Part shown: one piece after another, positions 1-12,917 of the stretch
Position numbering within the stretch: the stretch's first letter is position 1
Layout: the number at the start of each line of letters is the position of its first letter
DNA from: Pelomyxa schiedti
Lineage: Eukaryota; Protista; Evosea
Assembly: GCA_020536535.1 (NCBI GenBank)
Contig: JAHLWZ010000797.1
Location: 89,623-153,622, forward strand
Direction: 5' to 3'
DNA: 64,000 bases
Made by a program: the position numbers and the translations under genes
The notes under the pieces: model-generated
The model's input: only the letters and a program-made list of their open reading frames with translations
What the model was told of the DNA's origin: nothing
Database searches by the model: none

Positions 1-543
1 GGCATTGTTGGTACCGCCAGAGCCACTCGCCGCCGATGAAGAGGCAGAGGCAGAGGCAGAAGCGGCAGAAGCAGCCGCAGAACTTGTGGCGGCGGCGGCG
101 AGCTGCTCGCGGGGCAGAGGGAGCGGCCTGGTGACCACAGGCCCGCTGGGGGTGACGCCCCCATTTGGCGGCAGGACCGCGGGAGACAGGGGAGGAGACT
201 TCACGGTCGTTATTGGGGACGGCGGGGGGCTCCTGGCTGTGTGAGGGAGCGGGAGTTTGCGTATCCCGAAGGAGGACGGGAGGGCCGCGGAGGCTGAGGC
301 CGAGGCGGAGGGGGAGGAGGAGGGGGAGGCCTCACCCTTAGAAGAGACGGAGGACGAGGCTGCTGCGGCGGCCGCGGCGGCAGTGAACAGCTTGATGTAC
401 TCGGCCATCTTGGGGGACGTCCCGGGGCTCGCTGTCCTCACTGCGGGGTGGGAACTGGAGGTTGTAGTATTAGATACGGTCGCGCTAGACAGCGACGGCA
501 CCGGCGCCGGCGAGGGCGTGGCTCGCCTCCCACGCGTTGTCAT
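1..543 (-). CDS. 5' part of a gene running off the left edge; Ser/Ala/Pro-rich low-complexity N-terminus (MTTRGRRATPSPAPVPSLSS...), product unknown
   Basis: ATG at 543 (minus) opens a GC-rich frame continuing to the window edge. It is divergent from TELO2 and has the GC-rich first-exon style seen in other genes here. Confidence 0.55.
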   Translation of the reverse strand, partial: MTTRGRRATPSPAPVPSLSSATVSNTTTSSSHPAVRTASPGTSPKMAEYIKLFTAAAAAAAASSSVSSKGEASPSSSPSASASASAALPSSFGIRKLPLPHTARSPPPSPITTVKSPPLSPAVLPPNGGVTPSGPVVTRPLPLPREQLAAAATSSAAASAASASASASSSAASGSGGTNNA

Positions 544-720
544 CGCCAACGAACGAAAGTGTGTTGCTTCTGTTCAATCTCAAAGAGTCATCATGCTCAT
601 GGAAGGTCAGTACTCACTGTGACACCTTTCTAAAGGGGATTTGAGCGCTGATCACTATGCCGTTACTGGGGGGAGCAAACACTCTGAGGGTTGAATCTCA
701 GAAGAATTGAGAACAATAAA

Positions 721-3700
721 ATGGACGACGAGCGGCAGGGTGACGAAGTTCTGAGGGGACTTCTTACGGAATTGAGAACCGAGAGGCAGGTAATTGGTGT
801 CAAGGGGGCGTTGGACAGGTTGGTGCAGTGGTGCGCCGGGCAAAGCGGATCGAAAAATGCGGATCTGTCTGGTGCCGTGTGGAGGTGGACTAAGATTGCC
901 GGAGATGCGACTTGTTGTTTGTTGCATGTGGTGTTGGTTGACTGGAGGGCATGCCTTACTGCAAGAGAGAGGAAGGCGCTCTTTGACGACTTGTTCAATG
1001 TTTGGATGTCACATTTGGGACTGTGGATTGGGTTGAATTCTGCAGCGATCTTGCCTGCGGAATTGACTTGTACAATTTCTTTCTTTTCTTTTTTTTCTCC
1101 GTCTAGAATGACGCACTTCTGTGACAGACAATCAAAGACAAGACATTATGGATTACCTTGTTGAACTTCTTCGTGGCTTCATCGGGGAAGAGAATACTGC
1201 CTCCGGCTCGCGCTTCTGTGGCTTGATTGAAGACCTCTTGACGCTAGACGATGCTGGAAAACTGTCTAAAAATCTGGATTCGGATGCGCTTTGGTCCCAT
1301 GTGTTAATGTGTATTGGCACCATTCCTACAAGGGTCTTTAACGTGATGAGTGAAAGGGCACCCCTCTTTGTTCAGAATAAGTCAGTTTGCCGCGCCTTGT
1401 AATTCCCTATAACTGGATGCAGGGAGTGGACGAGACGGATCAGTTTGCAGTGCTGTCTGCTTCTTAAAAAGTACAGCACCAGCCAAGCAAAGCCACAATT
1501 ATGTGTACTTGTTGGGAAAATACTTGGAAGACTCTGCCGGCTTGGATGCCCAGGCATGTTACCTACCTCTGTTTCTCTGGAGTTGTGAGTCTGGCCTCAT
1601 GTGATGGTGTGGTCTGCTTTTTGTCTTATCCCACTGTGCATGTGACCATTTTCTGAGCACGCACTAACTTGCATCTTCTCCCTTTCAAATGCACTACAAA
1701 GAGTGTGCAGCAGCGCCTATAATCAGTCTCCTTGAATCAAGTACACATAAAATCACTCTTTTGCCAGCAGTGCTGGAGCATGTACCGGACTCTGAGCTGG
1801 AAAACATCACGGGCGCTCTTCTTCTCCAATCACGTGGTAAAAAAAAATAGCAGGAACTTATTTGGGTGTAATTGCATGCAGAAACAACAAATGTGTCACT
1901 CACTGAAGCTCTATCTCAGTTACGGGACCGCAAGCACTTCAAATTCTTGCTTGTCAATAAGTTCACTCTAGTTCGAGTGTTTCCTATCAGTGTGATAAAG
2001 ATATTATGTGGGGTGATTATGAAGTGTGGTTTCATTCCTTTATCTCTGGAGGCTATACTTAAAGCTTGGAGCACATCCACATTTGTAACTCACTGCCCTC
2101 TTGAACAGCATGCTTGTAATCTCCCCCGTCTATCACCCTTCATGACTGTTGACCTTTGTTCAGACATTAATTTCCTTCTCCTTGAAATTATGCAACTTGC
2201 GCTGGAGAGTGAGGTTACAGCGAGAATAGCTTTAATCTTAGAAGGCATACAAGTTCACATGTACAACTCCACTAGTGAAATAAAGATCATGGGTCTGGTG
2301 AGATCCCACCCTTCTCTCGTTTGGTCTAACACAAACAGAAAGTGGCTGAAGCTCTGTCAATCATAATGCATAAGCCAATTACTTTTTCAGAGCTTCACCG
2401 AGAAAAGGAGAGTGCCTCTAAGCCACCCTCCTCTGAGAGCAGCACTGTCAATACTCCTCTTGAACCAACTAATTCACCTGTGAGTAAGCCTTCTGCTGAT
2501 AACCATGAGAAACCCAAGCACAAAAAATGTTCCCTTTCTCTGTTGTAAAATGAAGTAACCAGCAACAAAAGTGATCGAGGTGGACCCAGATGAAGTTGTA
2601 AATCTTAGTGACCCAGGTATCCAATCTCATTTGGACTTTAATTAAACTAAATCAAATTCCAGAGTACGAAAGTGAGGAAGAAGATGGCCCTGCAGAGGAA
2701 GACCAAGGAAAACTGTGTTCAAATGGAGACGAGTTTCAGCCTTACGATCTGACTGATGACAAGTCGGACCTTGCACCTTTCAAGACCCCAAAGTCAGTCT
2801 TTTAGTTCCCCTTTGAAACTTTTGCATGGAAGCGTGCAAAGTAAATGAGCACCCAGGTATATTCGGCAAGCATACGCCCTTCTACAGGAGCACTCTGATG
2901 ACCTTGATGCCACCTTGGCGGCACTCAAATCTATTATTGCAATTTCAAAAGAGAAGCCACACGCACTAGGTTCCTCTGCAAAAACCCAAAGATCCATCAT
3001 TTTAATAATAAATAACCAGTGGAACTTGCTGAGAAGCTCACAATGGCCGTTCTTCACGTTAGTAACAAGTGGAGTTGCCCGGAAATCAAGCCATTGAGAA
3101 ACCAGGCCCTTCTTTCACTTGCTGTAATGTGTCCCGATGTGACTCCTGGGTTTGTTTTGCGTTCACCTTGATCCATCTCACCCCCTACCAGCGTCCTTGT
3201 ATCTCTTTTTTACAACTCGTCAAGCACTAATTATGACCGAGAAATTATTCTCACAACCCTCAGCGACGCTGCTGACCAACTCAGTGGCAGCCAGAAGGTA
3301 CCTTAGGCATCACTCTTTTCCACTCCACCTGAACGTTTTCCAAATAATAGAAAGAGGCGCAATCAGCACCCCAAGCACCGCCTCGCCCATTAATTGAGGA
3401 AGTTGTACATGACAATAAACTCCCCACAGAGATGATAATTGGTCAATCAACACGAAGATGGCACAAGAAGCCATCCACACCTCCTGTTATCATACACAAT
3501 CAGCTCCTGCCTATTGTGCACCAAATTTTCTATCCTATGCTGCAAAATTATGATAAGCATATGTGTGTATACTGTGCCCATTCGTGGCCAAATTTAACTT
3601 CAAAGTAGACCTACATTGGACCTTCTTTCAGAAGGTGCACTTCTATCCCACTTTACCCTAGTAATGGGAAACATCCTTTGCAATTCAGGTTAGTACTTGA

Positions 3701-4139
3701 TTTTTTTTGTTGTCTCCTAAACTATGACCACTAGAAAACTCTCCCAGTTTTGTTCACATGTGCCTGTGTATGCTTGATTTCCTCTATGCTATACACAGGC
3801 ACAAAGAACCTTCTGTAAGACGCTGCATACTTGTTACTCTACACAGGTGGGAAAATTTCAACTTTTATGCTTTTAATTCTTGATGCAGGATTTTGTGCCT
3901 TTGCTCCCCTCGGGTGATTGCCACAGAATTGTCACGTAAACTCGGCCCTTTTGAGCCATGGCTTCAAGGTGGGAAGGGATAAACAAACTGATGGCACTAC
4001 TAATATACACTCAGATGTCACAAATCCAACTACAGGGGACCCTGATCCCGATTGTTGCTTTTTTGCTACCAAAGTTCTTGGTGTATTGGAGGCCAAACTT
4101 CATGTATTAGTGCGAGCACCAGACACTGATTCACTTTGA
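721..4139 (+). CDS. TELO2: Telomere length regulation protein TEL2 homolog (TTT complex), multi-exon
   Basis: Helical-repeat exons. Tel2-typical segments are DPDEVVN, acidic linker + DEFQPYDLTDD...PK-YIRQAYALL, TRRW-K...HNQLLP, and C-terminal DPDPDC. Confidence 0.8.
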
Positions 4140-4254
4140 CCACAGTTTTGGATCCATTTTTCTAATTCATACAATAATTGGCGCCAATCCCCGGCATTTA
4201 CGAACTCTTAGCACCTCAATTCCTATGTACAAATTATAACATAAAATCGAGGAA

Positions 4255-4577
4255 ATGCAGCAGAAGGAAATGGCTGACATTGCAGTGCTGTTGACAGAGC
4301 TTGGTGTGAGACCGAACTTTTTTGAGTTGTGGTTTGTTCTCATCCAACAAAAGAAAAGAAACAATCTCGGTTGTTGCAATGTGAAGAGATGCTTCTACAA
4401 GCAAACAAGGCTCTGGATCTTGGCGTGTCAGTTCTTGTTGCGGCCACTCAAGCCATGTGGGACGAGATTTGCGGTGACAAGCCCAAACCTGATGAAATGG
4501 GAAACCCAGCGATCCAACCAACCAAGGTTGTACCACCTCCCTCATCCTCCAATCTCGCCCAATCCGTGGAAGAGTGA
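4255..4577 (+). CDS. Small hypothetical protein (~95 aa, probably 2 exons)
   Basis: ATG at 4255 (MQQKEMADIAVLLTELG...) and a helical second segment KQSRLLQCEEMLLQANKALDLG...SVEE* in another frame. It fills the gap between TELO2 and the sirtuin. Confidence 0.4.
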
Positions 4578-4717
4578 CATGCCCCACAAACATCCAATAC
4601 CCCGAAAGCCGCCAAACAGGCGGTTTTTTTCATTTCAAATAAACAGCAAACGGCGAACAAGCCAAGGAGGCCACACAAAACATTCGAAACCAAACCAAAC
4701 AAAGTTTCAAATAAACA

Positions 4718-7019
4718 ATGAGTACAGAAGCCCCACCAAGCACCGTTTGTGCTACTTCGACGTGCTCTGCCACAGCAACTAGCGCGTCTGCATCTGCGTC
4801 TGCGTCTGCGTCGGCGTCGGCGTCGGCGACGCACGTTGGTGCTAGTGTTCACGGCGACGCGAGTAGCAACGCGCCGCCACGTCATAGCGCCGATCTGCCA
4901 AAGACACTGAGACGTATTCAACTGCCACCTGGGAAGCCATGCAAGTTGTGTGAGCTGAGGTCACACGAGATTGTACTAATGGAGGTCTGTGGCACGCCCA
5001 CCCAACATTCACTAAAATTGTCTAACTGGCTTTTCCACCTGTTTTTTTTTTTTTTTTTTACCTCTAGAACTGCAAAGACAACAAAATCCTTCTTAGAATG
5101 AATCAAAGGCTGTCAATGATTGTGTTTGTTAATTGCGAGTATGTATTTTAGGAAACCTAATTCCTGTAAACAACACTCTCTTTAGAAATTGTATTGTGAA
5201 ACTTTTGGACTCTGCTCTTTTGACGTCTAGGACTACTCGCCTCATCAATTGCAGAAATTGTGAATTCGTGTTTGAGGGTATGTTCTTATTGTAAGGTCTT
5301 TTCTAACTAGGAAGGTAGATATCGATTCTCGTAAAGTAGAATGTTTTGGGTTACAAGAGAATCGGCTGGTTTTCATTGGTGACACTGTGTTGCTTGAGTC
5401 CCAAGTTGTTATTTTCCGTGATGGTCAGTGAATACAATCCTAGTTGATGACTTAACTCTTTGCTAGGGTGTGTAGGCAACCGGATTGCTACAGCAGAGAT
5501 AACCAGCAACGAGATCATTGATATCACTTATGATGTATCTTCCTTGTGGAGTACTCCAGTACGTAACAAAATACTAGATAGAGAAAGTTGTCGAAGTACC
5601 TCCTAGTGATAGTGACCAGTGGGTTGGTTACCTGGACCAAGCAAGAAATATCAATTTCGTTCGCTTGACCGAGTCTGGAGCCTTTAATCCGGTTGGTGAA
5701 GGTCTATTGTTATGGTCTAACTCAAATTTAGGTGGGTGCAGCTCATATTCAAAAACTCCTACCCTTCATACAAGCATCCCTTCCCGGAGATGATGCATTT
5801 AACCAGCCAACTGCCCGTGTCACAGCACAACAAATTCTTGATGCCCTAGAAGTGGTAGCCAAAGTTCCCAAGGTTGACGAGGAACTAATCAGTATGGCAT
5901 ACGATGCTGAAAGGAGAGAGTATCATGAACCGCTGGAATCTGTGAAAGCCAAAGTCTATATTAAAATATAATTCGCCACTTCTCAATCCTCTCTAGGCAA
6001 AGATTGTAGCTGATATGATACTGGCATCGAAGCATACAGTTGTGTATTCAGGTGCTGGCATAAGTACCAGCTCGGGTGGGTACAAGGCTTCTCAGTTAAC
6101 CATTTAAATGTACTTAAGGAATTGGCGATTTCCGGGGACCGACTGGCCTGTGGACTTGCCAAGATAAGGTAAATGCTTTTTTGTCTCCTTTACTTTATGG
6201 GTTATCAATGACAATCACTAGGGAATTCATGTTAAAAGTAAAACATACAAAGAAGTTGAACCAACGTATGCTCACTACGCCATTACTGCTCTGGCAAAGC
6301 GGCAGCTGGTGCATTTTATCTTCACCACAAATGTTGACGGGTTACATCTTCGCAGGTATCTTCAGTTTCATAGGTTTTATTGTTTTGATAACGTCACAGT
6401 GGTATGCCGATGCATATGGTTGTGGAAATTCATGGCTCTTGCTACAGGGAAGTTTGCAAGAATTGCAAAAAGGTCGAAATTCCAGTAATACTTGGAGACC
6501 TTATTTTCCCAAGGTGTTTATGCGGGACTACGATATCTGGAATGATTCCGTGCAATCTTACACAAACCATTGGACAGGGCGGTACTGCGACTTCTGTGGC
6601 GGCAATCTCCTAGATACCGGCGTTGCCTTCGGAGAAACATACAGAGACCCACTTGATGCAGTCAAATCTACCTACCACGCAAGGAAAGCCACACTGGCAA
6701 TAATTCTTGGCACCTCCATGAACGTCCAGAGCTCCGCATCCTACCCAGAAAAGGTACGTGACATTCTCCCATAACACAGCTCATTTACCAAAAACCACAG
6801 TGCCTTAGGAACAATGGACACATGGTTCTCGTCAACCTCCAGGCCACACCTTATGACGCAGTCATGCAACAAGAGGGCAATGTGCGTGTTTGGGCCCCCA
6901 TTGACCAGTTCCTCAGTCTTGTTGCCGAGCACCTGTCACTGGATGTTCCTATGATAACTGACATAAGACCTCAGTGGCATGAGCCTGAACCCCAGAAGGG
7001 TTGGTGTAACATACTTTAA
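4718..7019 (+). CDS. NAD-dependent deacylase, sirtuin family (class IV, SIRT6/7-like), with N-terminal extension and C-terminal CaaX
   Basis: Spliced motifs [45 protein letters not shown], EIHG (catalytic His), CxxC...CxxC zinc site, LGTSM, VNLQATPYD. The protein ends ...GWCNIL*. Confidence 0.9.
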
Positions 7020-7157
7020 GAGGGAGGGTTCCTACTGTAAACCCTTGATAACCACGGATACAACAGATTGGCCGTAGAACCGCTGTCATTCTAACCTCAC
7101 TCAGACTGAGGCAGGAAAAATACTAAAAGGATGGATTCACACCCAACAGATTTTTTT

Positions 7158-8376
7158 TTATTCTGTTGTCCTTGCTCCATCATGGGCCTTCTCTTCCTGG
7201 GAGGGTGTGGTAGTTGTGGAGATGGGTTCAGATGTGGTTGTGGTTTCACAGTTTGATGTTTGTTTTGTGGGGGATTGGTGTGTATCAGTTTCTGGAATTG
7301 GGAGGTGTTGAGAGTTGTCTTCTTTTTGCCTGGTTCCAACCTTTTTCTGCTTTGGCTTGAGCTTCCTCACTTTTGACAATTGGCCATGTCCTACTTGTAT
7401 ATCAACAAGCAGTCGGAATGGCTTCAAAACCGCATCAACAATGGAAGGGTTTTGGTCCAGTGCCGATACACAGAAGGCAACTGCTTCACATGTGGACAAA
7501 CCATTAGGAATCTCCTTCCGTATTCGATATTCAGATAGCGGTGGCTTGGCAAAGGCAACCTTTTTTTTTTCCTGGTGAGTAACAAATACCATTATGAAAT
7601 ATAGGTGTAAGGACCACACACCCTTCTCAGAGCTTTTAATTCGGGATTAAACCGAAGCAACCTGTCGGTCTGGTACCAAGTGCCATCCAGAACAAACAAA
7701 TTGAAGATGGAACTGTTGCTCACAGTGGTATCAATTATGTTGCCCGTCTCATGCTCTCTCAAGTCTGAATCTGTTGCATGGCAGAGACTCTCGGTGGATT
7801 GTGTTGTGTGATGTGATAGCTGCTGTTCCTCCGGTTGTGAGTTTGGTTGGGGCGGTGAATTTAGTGACAAGGAATCGAACTGCTCTGCGAGGATATTTGG
7901 CTCAATGGCCCCATCACCGGGGTACAAGAGGAGTGCATTTGGTTGTTTCATCAGTTCACAAACATGTGAAGGTAGAGAATGCAGGTGTCTTGTGACAAAT
8001 ACATCGACATATTTGAGTGCAAGTTGTATGAGGAATACTGTGTTTTTGCTGGATTTTGTTTCCACTGGATGCTGTGTAAGGAGTTAAATGGTGTACGAAA
8101 TCAACATTAGATATAGTTTTACACAACTGTTTAGAAAGGTGGTTTTACTTGCAGAATGAAAATATGCGTCCTAGTTTCTAAGGGCTCAGGAGGAAGTGCA
8201 CGACACAAACAAACGCTGATTGCCCGTCTTCATCCCGTTAAAAGAAGAAAGAATACAAAACAAAAGGGTTTTGTGTACTTGCACTTCCCACAAGTAGGTC
8301 TTTTGGGCTTGGGGGTGCTCGCGGCAGTGGTGGGCTCCGGCAGCGGGAGAGGGAGCTCAGGAGTTTCGTCTCCCAT
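7158..8376 (-). CDS. DTWD2: DTW domain protein, tRNA-uridine aminocarboxypropyltransferase (DTWD2/TapT-like)
   Basis: N-terminal CxxC..CLC, ILQHPVE, LLYPG, VLDGTW, YRIRKE...LSTCEAV motifs across 4 exons. Confidence 0.88.
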
Positions 8377-8432
8377 CACGATCAAACGGGCAAGTTTCTC
8401 TCGATTTTTTCTTATTAAATTGTTGTCTGGGC
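8377..8432. promoter_or_regulatory. Putative bidirectional promoter between divergent DTWD2 and HAT1
   Basis: Only 56 bp separate the two inferred start codons. Confidence 0.45.
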
Positions 8433-10225
8433 ATGGCCGACGGCGGGCTTGGGGCGATGTCGTTGTCGACAGCGTCGTGCACTACGACTACGCGGAGAGA
8501 CCCTTTTACTTGTGTGGCCAACGATGTCATTCACATGAAATTCGGTGTGTTGGCTGAGCGAGGATCGGATCCGGCTGTTTTTTTTTTTTCTTTTAACTTG
8601 CAATCTTGCATTGTGCAGTCAGAAGGAGGGAGGATATTGATGACGAGTCAACTACTTTCCACCCCGAGTACACACATCAAATTGTGAGCGAGGATCAGCA
8701 GATCAGAGGGTACAGTGACCTAAAAGTTTTGTTGTATTACACGCCGTCGGCTAGCACATGTTATTTTGCCGTGTCTTTTAGAGAGCGCACTTCTGGTTTT
8801 TTTTTTTCTTTTTTCTCCCCTCTCGCTTCTCACAGAATTTAGATGCGGTGGATATCTGGAACTTGATACGCCAAATAATGCCTGAAACTGCTCGTCTTGC
8901 CGGCAGTGTAGACGAATTTTTAGCAGTACCTTTCTTCTTTTGGAGTGTCACGTCACTTTTCCTCAGGCTGTAGAACAAGAGCAGATGGGTGGCAAATTCA
9001 AACCCCCAGGACACCAAGTCCACGAATACACATTTGCAAGAAATTCCACCCCCTTGACAACTTCTGATTCCTCCCACCAACTACCACCACCATCACCAAC
9101 AAAAATTCCGAGTCCCTCTGACGAAACATTTGCTGTTCATTTTTCATCAATTGCGGATGATCCCAAAGCTGTGGCATATCATAGTATAATTCAACCGTTT
9201 GTGCTCTGGTTTATTGATAATAGTAGCTTCATAAAGACTGAAGAACCCGGGTGGAGACTTTTCACAATGTAACCTTTTCCCTCCCACTAAAACTTCCAAA
9301 CATACTGCAGATTCAAAAAAACAGAGGGTTTAAAAGTTGGGGAATATTCTTATCAAATTATTGGATTTTCCACTGGCTACATGTTTTACCATCCATGGGG
9401 AAAAGCCCGCTTACGTGTAAGGTTGGCCACTAAGTTTTTGCTAATACCTAAAGTGCTGCTTTTCCCACAGCCAGTTCATGATTTTTCCGCCTTTTCAGCG
9501 CTCGGGGCATGCAAGTACCTATGCCGCCCTAAATGGCTGTAGCCTAACACACCACAGCACAGTTACTGCGCGCAATTTACAATGTTGTCAGAGCTGACCC
9601 AACAATTGTAGATGTCACAGTTGAAGGTATTAACAAGTCAATGAAACAAAAAATTGGAGTGGGTTGGGGTAACCACAACTTACACTTTAACCAATTTGAA
9701 GATGCCTCAGATGAGCTCACGTATCTTGTGCCAGTCTCATGTTCTTGTTCTTAATTTTATTTTTTGCAAAGCCGGGTTAGAGATTTACTGGACCTGCACG
9801 ACCTCCAGGAATCTGGCTTCTGGCCCGTACTGCAACAAGCACCAAAGCTTACCCGCGAGGCATATGCCACCCTGAGGGAGCGTTTAAAGCTCTGCTGGGT
9901 ATTCAAATAGTTTAGCATTACACACTAACCCCTTCCAATAAAGATACAAGCAAAGCGCTGTCACACTATCCTCAGACTGAAGTATGCCAAAGAGCAGCAT
10001 GACGAGTCTGTAAGCCGGCAGCTGCGCCTCTACTACAAGACAGTTTTGTACTGGACACTCAAACAACAACACACCAAGGGCAGCTCACAACAGACATCAC
10101 GCCGGTCACAGCAGAACACCGAGGCAACCACTGGTGAGAACTTAAAATTGCAGCTTCACCAAATGTGGCTAGAAGTGGAAAGAGAGTTCAATGAACTATT
10201 GGAAATCGTCCAATCAAAAATGTAG
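8433..10225 (+). CDS. HAT1: Histone acetyltransferase type B catalytic subunit
   Basis: ANDVIHMKF, FHPEYTHQI...IRGYSDLKV, FVLWFIDNSSFI, RLRVSQFMIFPPFQRSGHA (acetyl-CoA motif), DVTVEDAS. Confidence 0.9.
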
Positions 10226-10479
10226 AGGCATCTACAACCAATAGAAAAGTTCTATGTTCTTCGTCCATGGCGTCTTTAAACAACTGTAGCCCACGCTCAG
10301 GTTTTTCTGCCCGGGCCTGTTTACTCAAGCCCCTTTGGCTCCTTTTTCACTGGAACTGCGGAAACATTACCCGCAACTGTGTGCAATCTCCCCTTGGTTC
10401 GACCTGATTTTGAGACCCTGGAGTAGCTTTTTCGGCGGACATAGTTTGACCCCAAAATTGCAGGTGCGGCGCCCCGAAA

Positions 10480-12678
10480 TTGATGGGGTACCAGGCCAGG
10501 GTTGTCTTGGTGTCTAGGGTAGTGTGGGACTGGGTTCTGCCGTGGTTGGTGCCGTGGGGCCGGCTGACGCGAGCGGCGCCCGCCGCGCTCAAGTGCAAGC
10601 ACGCGGCGGCGATGTGCGTGGTGGCCGAGGCCATGTTCCCCCTCGTGCCTCGCGTGTGCTCCTCCCTCCTGGCCCACAACGAAAAACGGCGCCCCGTCCT
10701 TTCCGCCGCCGCCGGGGCCGGCAGCCCCCGTTGCATCAGCTGGGTCCTGAAGCACAACAACAATAACAGCAGCAGCATCACTAATTGCATTGGTGGTGGC
10801 AGTAGTAGTAGTGGTGGCAGCGGCGAGAGTGAGAGTGACATCAGGAGGAGAGGGAACAAAGATTTTATGGAGGTTCTGGAGGGCCTGTGTGCTGGTGGTC
10901 ACCTTGGAATGGCACAGCGGCTGATTGATGGCAATTGGCCCGGGCTTACGTGGTGGAACGAGGGCGGCGCCAGTGGTGCTTCTTCCTCCGACGGGATTGA
11001 GGATTACGTGAGGGACTCACATATTCTCAGGAGAACGTGTGCCTCGGGTCACAGCGATGTGGCCAAGTGGCTGATTGAGAAGTTCAACATCAGGGAGACT
11101 TGGGAGTTTACCGATCCGCTTGTCGGGGCCTTGAAGGGTGGACACTTGGAGTTGGCTCAGTGGCTGACGGCCACGTTTGACTTGGTTACAAAGCTCCGCG
11201 ACTTCGAAACTTACAACTTGGATGTCCACTATGAAGCGTGCAAGACTGGAAAATTGGATGTCCTCAAGTGGTGCTTTGACACCTTCCCTTTACGTGATAA
11301 TAATGGTTCATACCGTTATTTTGCAGCTTGCATGCGGGGAAAAACAAGTAACTACGTGGAAGCCTGCCAGTACGTCCAAGATAAGTTTGATTTTCCTTCT
11401 CCTCCATCAGACACAATCCTTGATAACATACAAAACGTGGATGTACTAAAATGGGTAAAATCGGCATTGCCAGTCTTGGTTACCGGCATCCACAGCACTC
11501 TTTCAAACTGCATTGTAGAGAAGCTTTGCAGAAAGCTAGAAGGGGCTAAGTATATTGTTGAGGCCTGCTCAATCGTCCCGACGCCGATGCTGTTCCGTGC
11601 AGTCTGTCGAAATCCAAAAGGTGATATCCAACCTGTGAAGTGGTTATCAACAAGAGTTACATGCTCGCCAGTGGATTTAGAGGATGCACTCATAGCGGCT
11701 TTGGCCAAAGGTAACATTGCAATTGCTTCGTGGTTGGATGAGACCTTCAACATCTTGAAACTAGTCATTTCTGCATCCGCACCCAAAGTAGAGACAGGTT
11801 CAATGCTTCTAAGAGTGTGTAAAGAAATGGAGGAATTTGAAGCCCGAGTGGAAGGTATAGAGTGGCTTCTGAATCGCCTAGGAACAATAGGAGTGCAAGA
11901 AAGTTTTATCGTCGATTCTGTGGAAGAGCTTCTGTTTCATACCAAGTCAGCAGCCGCTGCCATGTTCCTCATCGACAAGTTCTCCATCAGTGATCCACGG
12001 CGTTCTGAACTTATGTTTCCTCTTCTGAATGAAAGTGTTCAATCTGAGCCTATCTCGCATATCAAAAGAATAATTTCCATGGGGGAGTTCAGCAAAGAAA
12101 CTGTGGCACCGTGCCTTAAGAATCCCATTGGCGTGCAGTCTGCCAAAACTGTAAGGTGGTTGATCACACACTTCCGGCTTGACCGCGAGGATATCACGCA
12201 AGACAATAACTGCCTGCTGTTCCGTATGTTATCATGGAGACAAAAGACCTGTGCTGAATGGCTCATCACGAATTTTCACATCACCTTGGAAGAGGTCCGG
12301 CTTCCCTTCTCCCTCCCATATAGTAATATTGTATTACCTTCAATGTTGGTCTGACCTCACTCACACCCTAACCTATCTGTTTAGGTTTTGAGTTTCACTT
12401 GGGAACCTTCTAATGATTTGGTCGAGATGGACTTATCCACCTGGAAGATGATACTGAGGATGTTCCCAGGTATAACGGCACCAATGATAAAAGAGAAGTT
12501 CCTGTTCCTTGTATGCCAGTCCCCAGTAATTGCACAGTACACAATGAAGCTATTCCCTGAAGTTACTCTTGCTGACCTTGTTGGTTTCTGTGCCGGTTAT
12601 TCGCGCTACGATTTCCCACCGACCACTTGTTGCTGGTTGCAGGAGGCCCACCCTCTAATATGGGACCCGTTCGACTGA
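10480..12678 (+). CDS. Lineage-specific ankyrin-like repeat protein (true start uncertain, possibly ATG 10267)
   Basis: 624-aa ORF with degenerate ankyrin-type repeats (LCAGGHLGMAQRL, CASGHSDVAKWL, ALKGGHLELAQWL, ACKTGKLDVLKW, ALAKGNIAIASWL). An intron at 12295-12384 joins a final exon ending at 12678. Confidence 0.7.
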
Positions 12679-12917
12679 CCTTATCATTCCCAAAACCACG
12701 AAAAGAAAATAGGAAAAACCATTTGATTGGACAGTGCAACGCAGTTGCAGGAATTAAATTTTATCTCTTTTTGTTTTTCGGCTCCGAGGGTGGTGCGCCT
12801 AGCGACATCAGCGTGCGAAACAACGAACGAAAGTAGTCCGCGGTGGGCAACAACAATCGTTTCTTACAAAACCAACATTGTGTGTGAGATCGCGATTATC
12901 GCCGATACATTGACTTG

